From the NCBI GenBank assembly GCA_038871515.1, contig JAVZHX010000001.1, positions 32,001 through 96,000 on the forward strand: a stretch of 64,000 nt of DNA, in the 5' to 3' direction. Positions 45,075 through 55,144 of this stretch are shown piece after piece; the first letter of the stretch is position 1, and each line of letters starts with the position of its first letter. The stretch comes from Candidatus Micrarchaeia archaeon (lineage in GTDB: Archaea; Micrarchaeota; Micrarchaeia; Burarchaeales; Fermentimicrarchaeaceae). Both the position numbers and the translations under genes were made by a program. The notes below the pieces were generated by a model. It was not told the DNA's origin. It saw only the letters and a list, made by a program, of their open reading frames with translations, and did no database searches.

Positions 45075-48000
45075 TCAGCAGATACATATGCAGGTTGCAC
45101 AGCTGTTCTGGCAGGAGTACCAGGGGTAGCATGGGCAACGTAAGCTGCAGTCGCAGCATGTTTTACCAACTGGGCAACCGCAGTCAACACAGCAGTCAAA
45201 CTGAGTTTCTGTGTCCTCGCATTTTTTGTTTCCACAAACTGCACCGCCATAGTTGAGAGCAAGCATTTCCGCATCATATACGCGGAGGTGAGTGAATGCA
45301 CCTGTTGGGGTTACCAAAGCAACTTCATTGTCAAGGTAGAAGTGAGGCAGGTTATCATCGGTACATACTGAAACGTTCTCGCAGTTCGGCATTCCCTTTA
45401 TTTTGTATTTGTTTGGAGTGGCTGTTTTGTTGAAGTAGTAATAATCAATTGATGTTTTTGGAACTCGGAATTGGTCAACTCGCACAAATGATTCTATTCC
45501 GTATGGTGATGGGCCGAACTGGCCGTATAATCGCATAAGGAAGCTTGGAGCAAGCTTGGATTCCGTGTAGTATCCGTTTAAGTAGAATTCCCTGAGCTTT
45601 GAGATATCCTGAACAACGTTATAATCTCCATTAAGAAGCACGTATGAGGAGTTTGAGATGTTGGAGTAAACAGTGCGTTGGGAGAAGTTGAAGAGGTAGG
45701 GCTTTCCAACAATATCTGGATGATTGATGCAGTCCGTTGCATTCTTTATACATGTATCATCCTCAAATATCAGGCCAGCAAATTCCTTTATTGCTGAGCA
45801 CAAAGTAACATTGGCAATCAGCGATGAATCTTTAACGAGGAGTATTTTTGAGCTGTCAACAAGTGGAGTTATGTTATTGCAGTTTGGCTTGTTTACAGCT
45901 GGTTTCACAACCATCGCATAAATCCAGCTTGAAGCATGGGAAGCGGTTGTGTTTCCAATAATTTTGACAAATGGTCCTGAGAGCGGGTTTTGCTTCACCA
46001 CTTTGTGGTAGGTTGTTGTGCTGTTCAATGAATAAACTGGGTCCTCAAATGTAAGTACTGCTGGGTGGAGCTCACCTGAGAATGAAACGCGGTATGTTGT
46101 GGAGTTCCTCCCTATGTCAAAGCATGTTCTGTTGCAAACAACGTCAATTGAGTTCGGTCCCAGGTAGAGCTGGTCTGTTATAAGTTGATATAAACCGAGC
46201 GTTGCATTGAACCACATCTGGTTTGGCACTCCATTTATGTTCAGGGTGCAGGTTGCTCCCTCAATAATTTTACTATCGGTAACATTTGTGTAGTTAACTG
46301 TGAAGTTCACCATAGCTCCGTAGGGTGCAGTTTCTGGTGTTGCGTTTATTATTGTTATAACTGGGTACGGATCAAGAATGAAGTATGTATTAGTAGTTGT
46401 TTCCCTGTATCTGAAACCAGGCGCATATGCGCTGCAGTTCCACGTGTTTTCGCCTGGAGGAAGCTCGTTTGTTTCATAGTAATAGACTCCCAAAGTTTCA
46501 TCAAACTTCACATCTGGGATTTCAACTCCCCAGGAAGTGTGAATCTGCGAGTTTATCGTTAGGTTTACCATTGTGTTTTGAGCTGGTTTTATTGGAGCTG
46601 AAACGTTTCCATCAGTGTAGTTGCAGGTAAATCTGACAAACGTTGCGTAGCACACTGGTGTTGGTTGGGGTTCTGCCGAGGTATTTAGGTTCGCACATGG
46701 AGTGTTGTTCCATCCTCCCCAGTAGCAGTTCGCTTCATCACAACTTCTCAGCGCTACGCTCACTGAGCCGTTTACTCCTTTGTTGCAGAACATGCAGTCA
46801 GCTGAGGGGCTTGGGTGGTAGTAGAACATATCATTTTCTCCATCATCGCCACAGCAGCAGGAGGAAGCGGTGCAGTTTTCTGGTATTGAACCAGTAAGCG
46901 CAGTATACCAAGTTCCGTTGCTACCTGTATTGTTGAACATTGTACAATCCTCCTTTCTCCCATCCCAGTTCACATTATAAAGGAATAAACTGATTGATTC
47001 GTTAACAGAGTTGTTGCACTGCGGATCAGACGTGCAGGTTAGGTTTGCTGTACAGTCGTTAGCTATCTGTCCTGCTGGAGCAGATGCAGTGTCGATAGGT
47101 GGTTTGGGGTCAACCGTTCCATTCGTAGTGATTATGCCAACTCCCTTGTTTTCATAGCCAGTATGGTAGAAAGTTATGTTGGCAACCCAGTCCCCTTCAA
47201 CAGAATAATTTTTGAGGAAGTTATATGCGCAGCGGAAGTTGCTTCTGTTCACTAAGTTTGATGAGGTGGTGTTGAAACCGCATACTGTTGGAGTGTCAAA
47301 GTCAGCTGTTGAATAACCCAAAAATACACAGCTCATATTATCATTTATAACTGGGATGCCAAGTGGGTTGAAGATAGTTACTCTTGCAGATGTGTTGAGG
47401 CAGCCAACGCAGAGCTGGGGGTATTGAACTGAGATTGTTTGGGTGGTGGTTTGCGCAAGGTTTCCATACGTGTCGTTTGCGTAGAATTTGTATGAAACTG
47501 TTTTGCCAGCGCAGGCAGCAGAAATGGTTTTTGTAGTGTTCGTCCAGTTGCCTACTTGGAAGCTTTGGGGAGCATCATCAACCCAAGTATCACAGCTCTC
47601 TCCCCCTCCACTCCAGGAGAACCAGTATTGACTTAAAGCAGTGTTGTCGCTCCACTGAGAGTAAAATAAAACATCTTGGTTTGTTGTTGGAGCTGATGAG
47701 TTTGTTGCGAAGTTAGAGTAAATTGGTGGTTGTGAATCAATAACACCAATGATTACATTGAGGTAAGCATAATCCACATATGCTGTTAAGGTATGTCCTG
47801 TTTTACTCTGATTTCCTCTAACTGCGAACTGAACTAACCCAGAAGTGGAATTGTAAACGAGGGATTTGTTTGAAGCATCAAAAACCGCACAATAGGTGTT
47901 TTCTGAGTTGTAAGGAAGGGTTTGCCATGAAACCCATAAGGAAGTTTGAGTGTTATACCATAATAAGTTGGAGGAGTAAGAGCCACCAGTTGAATTGTAT

Positions 48001-48638
48001 TTACCTTCCCAGCAGAAGTTCAATTGAGTTATATCATTCCAATTGAATGCGGAGAGGTTGAAAGTGTATCTCTGAAAGGTATATTTGTAGCTAGGGGTGT
48101 TACTCTCGCAACCATCTGAGCTAATTTCATTAGCGTCGTATAATCCCGGTGTGCAGGTGTAATAACATGCACCTCCATTAACGCAGGATGCGGTGCCACT
48201 ACAAAAATACTCACCTAGTATTCTTCTGCAAGAGCATCCAGTTACATATGTTATACAGGTATAGCTACTTATAACCTCGCCAGGAGCGGGGGAGCAGACC
48301 GGACTGGCAAGGTTGCAAGTTCCCCGGATACAGTCAGAAGCCCTTCCGCATTCGATACTAGCATCGCAACCCAACCCGATTCCAGTTGGGGGGTTGCAAG
48401 CTGATGTTAGAAGTTGTTGGGCAGTTGAGGTTGAGTAAACGTCATTTGATGTATTTATATAATCATAAGCGGCAAATTCGGATGATGCGGCGAATGGGGA
48501 TATATCATTTGTAGAAGAAACTAGGTACGCTTTATGCACGGAGCTAGGCAGAAGCTGGGTTGTTTCGCTTGCGCTGAGCGCAACCATGTAGAGAATGAGT
48601 AATGATAACTTCAACAGATTTAATTTTGCGTTTCTCAT
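45075..48638 (-). CDS. Large secreted Cys/Asn/Thr-rich adhesin-like protein
   Basis: Signal peptide, many NxS/T sequons, Cys clusters, Ig-like beta stretches; RBS GGAGGT before ATG 48638. Confidence 0.75.
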   Translation of the reverse strand: MRNAKLNLLKLSLLILYMVALSASETTQLLPSSVHKAYLVSSTNDISPFAASSEFAAYDYINTSNDVYSTSTAQQLLTSACNPPTGIGLGCDASIECGRASDCIRGTCNLASPVCSPAPGEVISSYTCITYVTGCSCRRILGEYFCSGTASCVNGGACYYTCTPGLYDANEISSDGCESNTPSYKYTFQRYTFNLSAFNWNDITQLNFCWEGKYNSTGGSYSSNLLWYNTQTSLWVSWQTLPYNSENTYCAVFDASNKSLVYNSTSGLVQFAVRGNQSKTGHTLTAYVDYAYLNVIIGVIDSQPPIYSNFATNSSAPTTNQDVLFYSQWSDNTALSQYWFSWSGGGESCDTWVDDAPQSFQVGNWTNTTKTISAACAGKTVSYKFYANDTYGNLAQTTTQTISVQYPQLCVGCLNTSARVTIFNPLGIPVINDNMSCVFLGYSTADFDTPTVCGFNTTSSNLVNRSNFRCAYNFLKNYSVEGDWVANITFYHTGYENKGVGIITTNGTVDPKPPIDTASAPAGQIANDCTANLTCTSDPQCNNSVNESISLFLYNVNWDGRKEDCTMFNNTGSNGTWYTALTGSIPENCTASSCCCGDDGENDMFYYHPSPSADCMFCNKGVNGSVSVALRSCDEANCYWGGWNNTPCANLNTSAEPQPTPVCYATFVRFTCNYTDGNVSAPIKPAQNTMVNLTINSQIHTSWGVEIPDVKFDETLGVYYYETNELPPGENTWNCSAYAPGFRYRETTTNTYFILDPYPVITIINATPETAPYGAMVNFTVNYTNVTDSKIIEGATCTLNINGVPNQMWFNATLGLYQLITDQLYLGPNSIDVVCNRTCFDIGRNSTTYRVSFSGELHPAVLTFEDPVYSLNSTTTYHKVVKQNPLSGPFVKIIGNTTASHASSWIYAMVVKPAVNKPNCNNITPLVDSSKILLVKDSSLIANVTLCSAIKEFAGLIFEDDTCIKNATDCINHPDIVGKPYLFNFSQRTVYSNISNSSYVLLNGDYNVVQDISKLREFYLNGYYTESKLAPSFLMRLYGQFGPSPYGIESFVRVDQFRVPKTSIDYYYFNKTATPNKYKIKGMPNCENVSVCTDDNLPHFYLDNEVALVTPTGAFTHLRVYDAEMLALNYGGAVCGNKKCEDTETQFDCCVDCGCPVGKTCCDCSLRCPCYPWYSCQNSCATCICIC

Positions 48639-48639
48639 A

Positions 48640-49257
48640 TCAACCTCCATAAGTGTAATTTGTTAATGGAATTGTCACAAGTATTGGGGTTAAATCCCTT
48701 CTGAAAACTGAATCAAGCGATTTATCAGTTATATTTAGATGAAGATTGTATCCAATTTTAACGTTCCATGGGTCTGATTGGTATATTCCAATGTTATCCC
48801 GGTATATGCTGACGTTAAAGCCTGCCTTCTCACCAAGTTGTATCATCCTTGCATCCCACTCCTTTAAAGTTAAATTGCCCATATGATCCGGGCTTGAGAA
48901 ACTTACGTTGTTTCCATCCATCTTCGTGTAATTTTCTTTTCCTCCAAGAGTTGCGTTGTACATCAATTCATATATGCAATTCCTGTCGAAGCACTTTGCA
49001 TTATTGAGAAATTTGCTTTCATTATTATACGCGACATATGCAGCGGCAGTTCTCAAAGCATTCGCCCCGCAGAGAAGAGTTGTTCTCTCTGCATCCTCCC
49101 GTATCATCTGCGCAAATTCATTCATTTTATTTATTCTCATTGAAACAACAACCTGCTCTTCCTGAGATTCCCTGATGCGCGTCCAAGCAGTTACTGAAAT
49201 TAGAACGAGGAAGAAGAATATGAAAATCAGCAGGGTGAAGAAGAAACCCTTCCTCAT
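48640..49257 (-). CDS. Minor pilin-like protein
   Basis: MRKG|FFFTL class III signal; QSDPWNV motif. Confidence 0.75.
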   Translation of the reverse strand: MRKGFFFTLLIFIFFFLVLISVTAWTRIRESQEEQVVVSMRINKMNEFAQMIREDAERTTLLCGANALRTAAAYVAYNNESKFLNNAKCFDRNCIYELMYNATLGGKENYTKMDGNNVSFSSPDHMGNLTLKEWDARMIQLGEKAGFNVSIYRDNIGIYQSDPWNVKIGYNLHLNITDKSLDSVFRRDLTPILVTIPLTNYTYGG

Positions 49258-49265
49258 AACGCACC

Positions 49266-50921
49266 TCAATTCCAAATCATTAATCTTATTTCTATGGGGC
49301 GATTGTAATACACCATGGTGCCTGTTCGCACCACCCCAGAGATATATTTACTTTCCTGTATTAAAATCCTTCGGTATTTGGTTTGATTGCAGTCGTTTGT
49401 GTATAGTGAATCCCACGGAGCACCTGCTCTCCCATCGCAGTAGAACCCAGTCATGCCCTGTCCCTTCACAACAAGCTCAAAGCCATATCTGCTCGGTATT
49501 GCAGAATCAAGAAACTCCTTTGCAAGAGCTACCGCACACTCCTTCTTTCCGATATACCAGAATGCTGCAATTGAGTCAAGTATTGACATATTTTCATCCC
49601 ATGCGGAGCAGTTTCCAAATGCGTATAAGTTTCCGTTATTCGCTCCAATGAATATTCTCCCATTAACAACTGCTGGGGAGGAATAGATTGATGCGTTAAC
49701 TTTGTAGCGCCATAACGGGTTGTTCACATCTATGTCATATTTGGGGTATACCGCAATAACTCCGTCGTTTGTTGCAACAACAATTGTGTCATTAGCAATG
49801 ACTGGGGAGGAGTGAATTATTGAGTTTAAACTCCTTACATAGAAGGAGCGAGTTGTGAGGTTCACAACGCATATCCCGTTTGTATAACCGATATAGGCAG
49901 TATCATTGTCAATAACAGGAGAGGAAGTAAAGTTGTATGCGCCTATTGATATGTTCCACATCTGAGTTCCGTTTGTTATATTTATTGCATAGAAGTAATG
50001 CCCAGTGCCAATGTAAACTTCATCTCCTCTGGTTGCTGGGGATGGGTCAAGAAACGTGGTTGGAGTTGGGTCGGTTATCTCATACCGCCACAACAACTTT
50101 CCATTTTCCTCATCAAGAGCGTAGAGAAATCCAAAGTTCGCGCCACCTCCAAAAAGTGGAGAGAATACAAATACTTTTCCGTTGTATACTGCTGGAGAGG
50201 AGCTGATGTTTCCTTGTGCTGTGAAATTCCAAACTGACTTTCCAGAATCCTCATCAAAAGCATAAATTGTGCTATCCATTGAAGCGATGAAAACTTTTCC
50301 GTTATGAACCTTTGGTGAGGAAACGATTCTGTCTCCCAGAGTGACGTTCCACAGAAGATTTCCTCCCTCATCCAAAACGTAGAAATCGTTGCTTAAACCA
50401 CCTATGAAAATCTTGCCATTCTGGAATGCTGGTGAGGAGTCAGTTGAGATTGGCAGATACCAAAGCTTCACCCCAGTATTTTCATCAAAAGCATACGTCC
50501 CGTTGCGAGATGCCACCACAACTTTCCCGTTATCTACTGAAGGGGAGGAATAAACTGGCACGTTGACCCCAAATGGCCCAACCCTTGTTATCCACCATAC
50601 AGATGAGGAGTTTGGGTTTATTGATAATATGGAGAGGGAGGAGGCATTGTTGTTAAGAGTTCTTCGGAACATAGGCCATCTGGAGAGAGAATTGTTCTTC
50701 ACGTATAGTAAATAATTGGCGTAAGGGTAGTTTGATTTTCCGGTGATATTTGAAAGTTTTAGCTCGCTCATCACATTCAAAGTATCCTTTGCAAGCGACT
50801 GATACTGCTGAACGTAAGTTCTTGGCACGTAGTTGATGAGAAGCAGAATGGAGAGCATAATTGTTATGAGGTAGAAAGCAATAATTGCGTCTGCTGTGAA
50901 TATAAATGCTTTGTGTTTCAT
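49266..50921 (-). CDS. Pilin-like protein with an inserted PQQ/BamB-type beta-propeller
   Basis: KA|FIFTAD signal; repeated SSPxxxNGKVFI...YAFDExxGKxxW blades. Confidence 0.85.
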   Translation of the reverse strand: MKHKAFIFTADAIIAFYLITIMLSILLLINYVPRTYVQQYQSLAKDTLNVMSELKLSNITGKSNYPYANYLLYVKNNSLSRWPMFRRTLNNNASSLSILSINPNSSSVWWITRVGPFGVNVPVYSSPSVDNGKVVVASRNGTYAFDENTGVKLWYLPISTDSSPAFQNGKIFIGGLSNDFYVLDEGGNLLWNVTLGDRIVSSPKVHNGKVFIASMDSTIYAFDEDSGKSVWNFTAQGNISSSPAVYNGKVFVFSPLFGGGANFGFLYALDEENGKLLWRYEITDPTPTTFLDPSPATRGDEVYIGTGHYFYAINITNGTQMWNISIGAYNFTSSPVIDNDTAYIGYTNGICVVNLTTRSFYVRSLNSIIHSSPVIANDTIVVATNDGVIAVYPKYDIDVNNPLWRYKVNASIYSSPAVVNGRIFIGANNGNLYAFGNCSAWDENMSILDSIAAFWYIGKKECAVALAKEFLDSAIPSRYGFELVVKGQGMTGFYCDGRAGAPWDSLYTNDCNQTKYRRILIQESKYISGVVRTGTMVYYNRPIEIRLMIWN

Positions 50922-50960
50922 TGATGAGGTATTGTGGCATGGAGGTATAAAATATTATAG

Positions 50961-50988
50961 TTTATAATGCCGAATTTATAATGCCGAA
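50961..50988. repeat. 14-bp tandem duplication TTTATAATGCCGAA x2
   Basis: Direct reading of the sequence. Confidence 0.8.
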
Positions 50989-51021
50989 TGCAAAGAGAGG
51001 AAAGCTAGTTTGGAGCATTAG

Positions 51022-51430
51022 TTATAAACATGGCTTTATTGCATATTCATTATTTGATTTGTTTATGGCTTTTCTTACTGCTTCGCGAATCATTGCCCTG
51101 GGGATGTAACGGTATTTCTTCCCCCGGTATGAGTAGGCACGGCACTCGCAGGCATTTTCTGAGAGGATGCTACACCCTTGACATAAAGTGAAACGTGAAC
51201 TTTTTCTTCTGTTTGTCAACTCTTCAATGTCTTTTCTGTTTATCAAAATTGAGTTTGACTCACTAAGCCTGCTGACGGGAAGCTTCGTTGTTTTGAGTTC
51301 AACTCCTGACTCGTAAGCACTTCGCGCAAGTCCCGCAGGGTTTTCTCCACATTATTGTCTGCAGTCCTGCATCTGCTGCAGGTATTCCTATCGAAAAACT
51401 TGAATTTAAATCTAGTCTTTTCTTGGGCAT
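51022..51430 (-). pseudogene. DUF2703-like (thioredoxin-like, ars-associated) pseudogene
   Basis: Joining three frames gives MPKKRL/FKFFDRNTCSRC...LREVL/ESGVELK...SNSILINRKDIEEL...CECRAYSYRGKKY. Confidence 0.65.
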
Positions 51431-51483
51431 ATTCTCAGTTATACTGAGTTTTGAGATTAAATAAATATGCATAAGAGAAAAAA

Positions 51484-52734
51484 TCATTTGTCTGCATTTT
51501 CCGTATTTGATTTTGGAGTTTTTGTGGAGAATCGTTCTATGAGCTCAGCTTTTGAAGTAGAGAGGAATTTGGAGTAGATGGCTACAATTATTGGTTTCAT
51601 AATCACGTAGGCAGTCATCAATGCCGAGAAAAGCTTCGCCGAGATGAACCCAGAGGTGAATAGAAGAGTTTCAGAGACGATACTTGTGCTGAACTTTACG
51701 CAGAGCCCAACACCCAGTATGAATGCGTGTTTTATGCCGAATAATTTTCGGAATAGTATAACGGATGCTAGAACTCTTGCAGTAAATGAAACCAGCACGA
51801 TGAGAATTGCTAGTGAGGGGGAAGCGATGAAAGAGGAGAAAGAGATTTTGATTCCAAGGCTCAGAAAGAAGAATGGGGAGAGGAACATGCTCAGGAAGTT
51901 TATTAACTTCCTGTTTTCCTTCAGCATTTTATCCGGGAATGCTTGTTGCACAACTACTCCACTTATAATGGCGGCGACTGGAGCTAGATTTTCATAAACC
52001 AACCCACTCAAAGCAATGAATGAGAATGGAATGACGAGGGTTAAGAATATTGGGACGTACAGTGGAGGTTGAACTTTTTCTAGAATTTTTCTAATTCCAT
52101 CCCTTATTTTTAGTATTCCAAGTGTCACTAGAAGTAGACCTCCCAACCCGGAGAAAACTGATATAATGCTTGCTGTATTTTGCACCTCGCCTGCTGAATG
52201 AAGAAGGGGTAATGTTGCGATTATTGCGAGCATTCCCACTTCCACAATATCATCAAAAACGCCCATTCCCAGTGATAACTGGCCAAACTTCGTATGCACC
52301 AAATCAAATTCAGAGAGTATTGCGAATAGGACTACCTCGCCAATTGTTCCAAAAGTTATGCCCGCAATAAGTGCGATGGGGAAGGAGTTGCTTACGTCCG
52401 CTGGGAATAGGAAATAGAAAAGCATAGCTAGCATAAGGCCTTCAAAAAAGCAGAGTGAAATATCTCCCAAAGCGATGTACGCCCCCAGCGATTTAATCTC
52501 CTCCAAATCTAAGTCTAAGCCAATTGTGAATAGAAGGATGAGCATTCCGAGGTTTGCTAGAAGATTGAAGCTTTCACTTTTTGTACTCTGGGTGAAAAGG
52601 CCGAAAGCAGAAAAGATTATGCCAAACATAACCAGCGCAAACATCCAAGGCATTTTCAAGTACTTATCTGTGAGATAGCCAATAATCAGGGCGGTTGCAT
52701 ACACAACAGCTGTTAGCAGCAATATTTCTTCCAT
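51484..52734 (-). CDS. Cation:proton antiporter (CPA2/Kef-like)
   Basis: About 12 TM helices; LANLG..LLFTIGLD, GVFDDIVE, PFFFLSLG. Confidence 0.8.
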   Translation of the reverse strand: MEEILLLTAVVYATALIIGYLTDKYLKMPWMFALVMFGIIFSAFGLFTQSTKSESFNLLANLGMLILLFTIGLDLDLEEIKSLGAYIALGDISLCFFEGLMLAMLFYFLFPADVSNSFPIALIAGITFGTIGEVVLFAILSEFDLVHTKFGQLSLGMGVFDDIVEVGMLAIIATLPLLHSAGEVQNTASIISVFSGLGGLLLVTLGILKIRDGIRKILEKVQPPLYVPIFLTLVIPFSFIALSGLVYENLAPVAAIISGVVVQQAFPDKMLKENRKLINFLSMFLSPFFFLSLGIKISFSSFIASPSLAILIVLVSFTARVLASVILFRKLFGIKHAFILGVGLCVKFSTSIVSETLLFTSGFISAKLFSALMTAYVIMKPIIVAIYSKFLSTSKAELIERFSTKTPKSNTENADK

Positions 52735-52753
52735 ACAATCCCATTACCTATTT

Positions 52754-53698
52754 TTAGTAAACCCACCCCAGCATCTCGGCGCCCATAAGCCAGCCTATGA
52801 ATGTTGAGAATACAACCACTAGAGCAAGATATACTGCTGTTCTTTTCCACCCAATTATCTTGGCAACCGCCATTGCGCTTGGCAGGCTCAGCGCTGGGTC
52901 TGCCAGAAATTCGCTTAATGCAGCTCCCCTTCCCATCCCAAGGGAAACAAGCGTCTGAGTGAGAGGCACCTCAGTAAGGGAGGAGAAGTAGGAGAACGCT
53001 CCCAAAAAGGAGATGAGGAAGCACGACCAAAGGCTGTCTCCACCGATGTATTTCTGCACAAGCTCCTGAGGAAGAATTGCTCTTATTGCACCTGCCAGAA
53101 AGACACCAACCAGCAGGTATGGGAATATCATGATGAAGAAATCCCATGTTGCCTTCATCCAATCTTTGAAAAGCTCCTTCTTGCTTTTTTTAGCCTTCAA
53201 TTCTGACTCGCCCAGCGGTGCTATTGGCCCCTTTCCCTTATGCTCGGTTTTCTCAGGAGGAAAAACAAACTCGATTATATTGCCAACTGCGAATGCGATG
53301 AGAATTGCAAAGACAGCTCTCAGAAGCGCCATTTTCGTTCCGAAAACGCTTCCGGTAAGCGCGAATGCAGCCAAATTTATAGCAGGCCAGGAGTAGAGAA
53401 GTGCAATCGCAGGCCCTAAACCTGCGCCTCTTTTGTAAACTCCTGCGAAGAATGGAATAACCGTGCAGGAGCAGACTGAGAAGAACATCCCAGAAGCAGA
53501 AGCAAGAATGTAAGCAAGAGCTCGGTTTGCTCCTCCAAGTATTTTCATTATCCAGCTTTTCGGCACAGCGGTGTTTATCAAGCCTGCAACGAAGAAAGCC
53601 GGTATCAAACAGGTTAGAGTATGCTGTGTCACATACTCAACCAGCAGGTTAACTCCTCCATTAAACATGCTTACAACTACTTCCCACGTAAAAATCAC
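52754..53698 (-). CDS. ArsP/DUF318-family permease
   Basis: CLIPAFFVAG, SVCSCTVIPFF, GAGLGPA, PALSLPS. Confidence 0.9.
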   Translation of the reverse strand: MIFTWEVVVSMFNGGVNLLVEYVTQHTLTCLIPAFFVAGLINTAVPKSWIMKILGGANRALAYILASASGMFFSVCSCTVIPFFAGVYKRGAGLGPAIALLYSWPAINLAAFALTGSVFGTKMALLRAVFAILIAFAVGNIIEFVFPPEKTEHKGKGPIAPLGESELKAKKSKKELFKDWMKATWDFFIMIFPYLLVGVFLAGAIRAILPQELVQKYIGGDSLWSCFLISFLGAFSYFSSLTEVPLTQTLVSLGMGRGAALSEFLADPALSLPSAMAVAKIIGWKRTAVYLALVVVFSTFIGWLMGAEMLGWVY

Positions 53699-53946
53699 CT
53701 CTTATTCTTTGTAAGAAGAGTCAGCGCTTTTATGAACTCATCTTTTTTAGGTATGCTTCCCTGGAAGATTATCACATCGTCAACAGCAACAGCAGGAGTC
53801 ATCATAACTCCGAACTCAATCATTGTGTTTATGTCACTTATTTTCTTCACATCTGCTTTGATTCCAGCTTCAGCCAAAGCCTCTCGGATAACTTTTTCTG
53901 TTATAACACATTTTGCGCATCCCGGTCCAAAGATTTTTATCTCCAT
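53695..53946 (-). CDS. Small redox-active disulfide protein (MTH895/ArsE-like thioredoxin)
   Basis: IKIFGPGCAKC, GVMMTPA. Confidence 0.9.
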   Translation of the reverse strand: MEIKIFGPGCAKCVITEKVIREALAEAGIKADVKKISDINTMIEFGVMMTPAVAVDDVIIFQGSIPKKDEFIKALTLLTKNKR

Positions 53947-53950
53947 AGGC

Positions 53951-54202
53951 TCACCCCAGCATCTTGATAACATTTAGAACTCTTTTGTCCTTTATTCTGT
54001 AGAGTATGTTTTTACCCTTCCTTCTTTGGGAGAGCACACCTGCATGTAAGAGAATTTTGAGATGCTGTGAAACTGTCGGCTGTGATTTTTTAGCGAACGG
54101 AACTACTTCGCAGGCGCATACTTCACCATCACCTATGAAAAGCAGTATTCTAAGCCTTGTCTCATCGGCAAGTGCTTTGAGAATTTTAACTTTGTTTTTC
54201 AT
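53951..54202 (-). CDS. arsR: ArsR/SmtB metalloregulator
   Basis: KALADETRLRIL, EVCACE, SQPTVSQHLKIL. Confidence 0.9.
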   Translation of the reverse strand: MKNKVKILKALADETRLRILLFIGDGEVCACEVVPFAKKSQPTVSQHLKILLHAGVLSQRRKGKNILYRIKDKRVLNVIKMLG

Positions 54203-54263
54203 ATATTGTTATATTTGAATATATGGATATATAAACTTATGCATTAAATTAGAAAATTCAGTT

Positions 54264-55124
54264 TTATGCAAGAGTTTTCAAAGAAGCTAGTGCAAAATAA
54301 GTGTTGTCAAGCGTTGAAATTCCCTGAAAGATTGACCTTCTGAACCCTCCATCTATGTTCTGGCAGGATACAATAAATCTTTCAGTTCTTTCTGGGTGCT
54401 TCAGCTTGATGCCAAGCAGTTTTGCGCATTCAATTCCGAAATATGTGTCTTCTATGTAAGGAGGGGTTATGTGAGGAATTGAAGTGAAACCACCCTCTCT
54501 GTGCTCACACCCCTCAACAAACTTTTTTGTTTTCTCAAGTTTATTCAGAGGGTAGTTTGCGGCATGTAAGCAGGAAAGCGCGTAGAAAGTTGAAATTATA
54601 TCGGATGAACCAACCCCAAAGCCACCATGCTTTCCCTCGGGGAGAATCCACTCAACTTCAGAGGTGGTGATTTTCCTTCCAAAAGTTTTTAGAATTTCAA
54701 CAATGCAGTATGTGTATTTGTATGGTGATGAGGAAACATCGTACTCCGCAGATAGGAAATCTGAAACAACTTCTCCTTTCACAAGTTTTTTCTTCTTGAG
54801 ATAGCTTTCCAGCCAGCTCAGGAAGTGCAGCTCTCTTGGCTTGCTTCCAAGAAGCTCAAGCGCTTTCACAACGTAGAAAGCGGATGTCATGCTGGAGAAG
54901 CTTCCTTTCTCATTTTGTAAGTTAAGAAGGTATTCCTCTGTTTTATGTTTCTGCGGAATGGTCTCCCCAAGCATTTTCAGTATCGAGATTGCATAGAAGG
55001 TATCCGAGGAGCTTGAGGGAAACTCGGAGCCGTATTGGGGAGGACAGAAACCATACCCCCCATCCTCATTTCTTCTTTTCAGCACAAACTTGATTATTTT
55101 CTCTTTATTCAGCAAGTATTTCAT
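54264..55124 (-). CDS. Prenyltransferase/terpene-cyclase alpha-alpha barrel repeat protein
   Basis: Repeated (Q)NxDGG(F/Y)...xxDT(F/Y)(Y/F)A units. Confidence 0.85.
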   Translation of the reverse strand: MKYLLNKEKIIKFVLKRRNEDGGYGFCPPQYGSEFPSSSSDTFYAISILKMLGETIPQKHKTEEYLLNLQNEKGSFSSMTSAFYVVKALELLGSKPRELHFLSWLESYLKKKKLVKGEVVSDFLSAEYDVSSSPYKYTYCIVEILKTFGRKITTSEVEWILPEGKHGGFGVGSSDIISTFYALSCLHAANYPLNKLEKTKKFVEGCEHREGGFTSIPHITPPYIEDTYFGIECAKLLGIKLKHPERTERFIVSCQNIDGGFRRSIFQGISTLDNTYFALASLKTLA

Positions 55125-55144
55125 CACCGCACCTTTCTTTAGAA

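Noticed and set aside
51299..51487. CGTCAKCL looked like a QueC C-terminal Zn motif
   Set aside because: It is an off-frame reading; the other frames rebuild a DUF2703-like gene that fits the ars context
54203..54235. ArsR operator-like AT-rich inverted repeat
   Set aside because: Too imperfect and low-complexity to support
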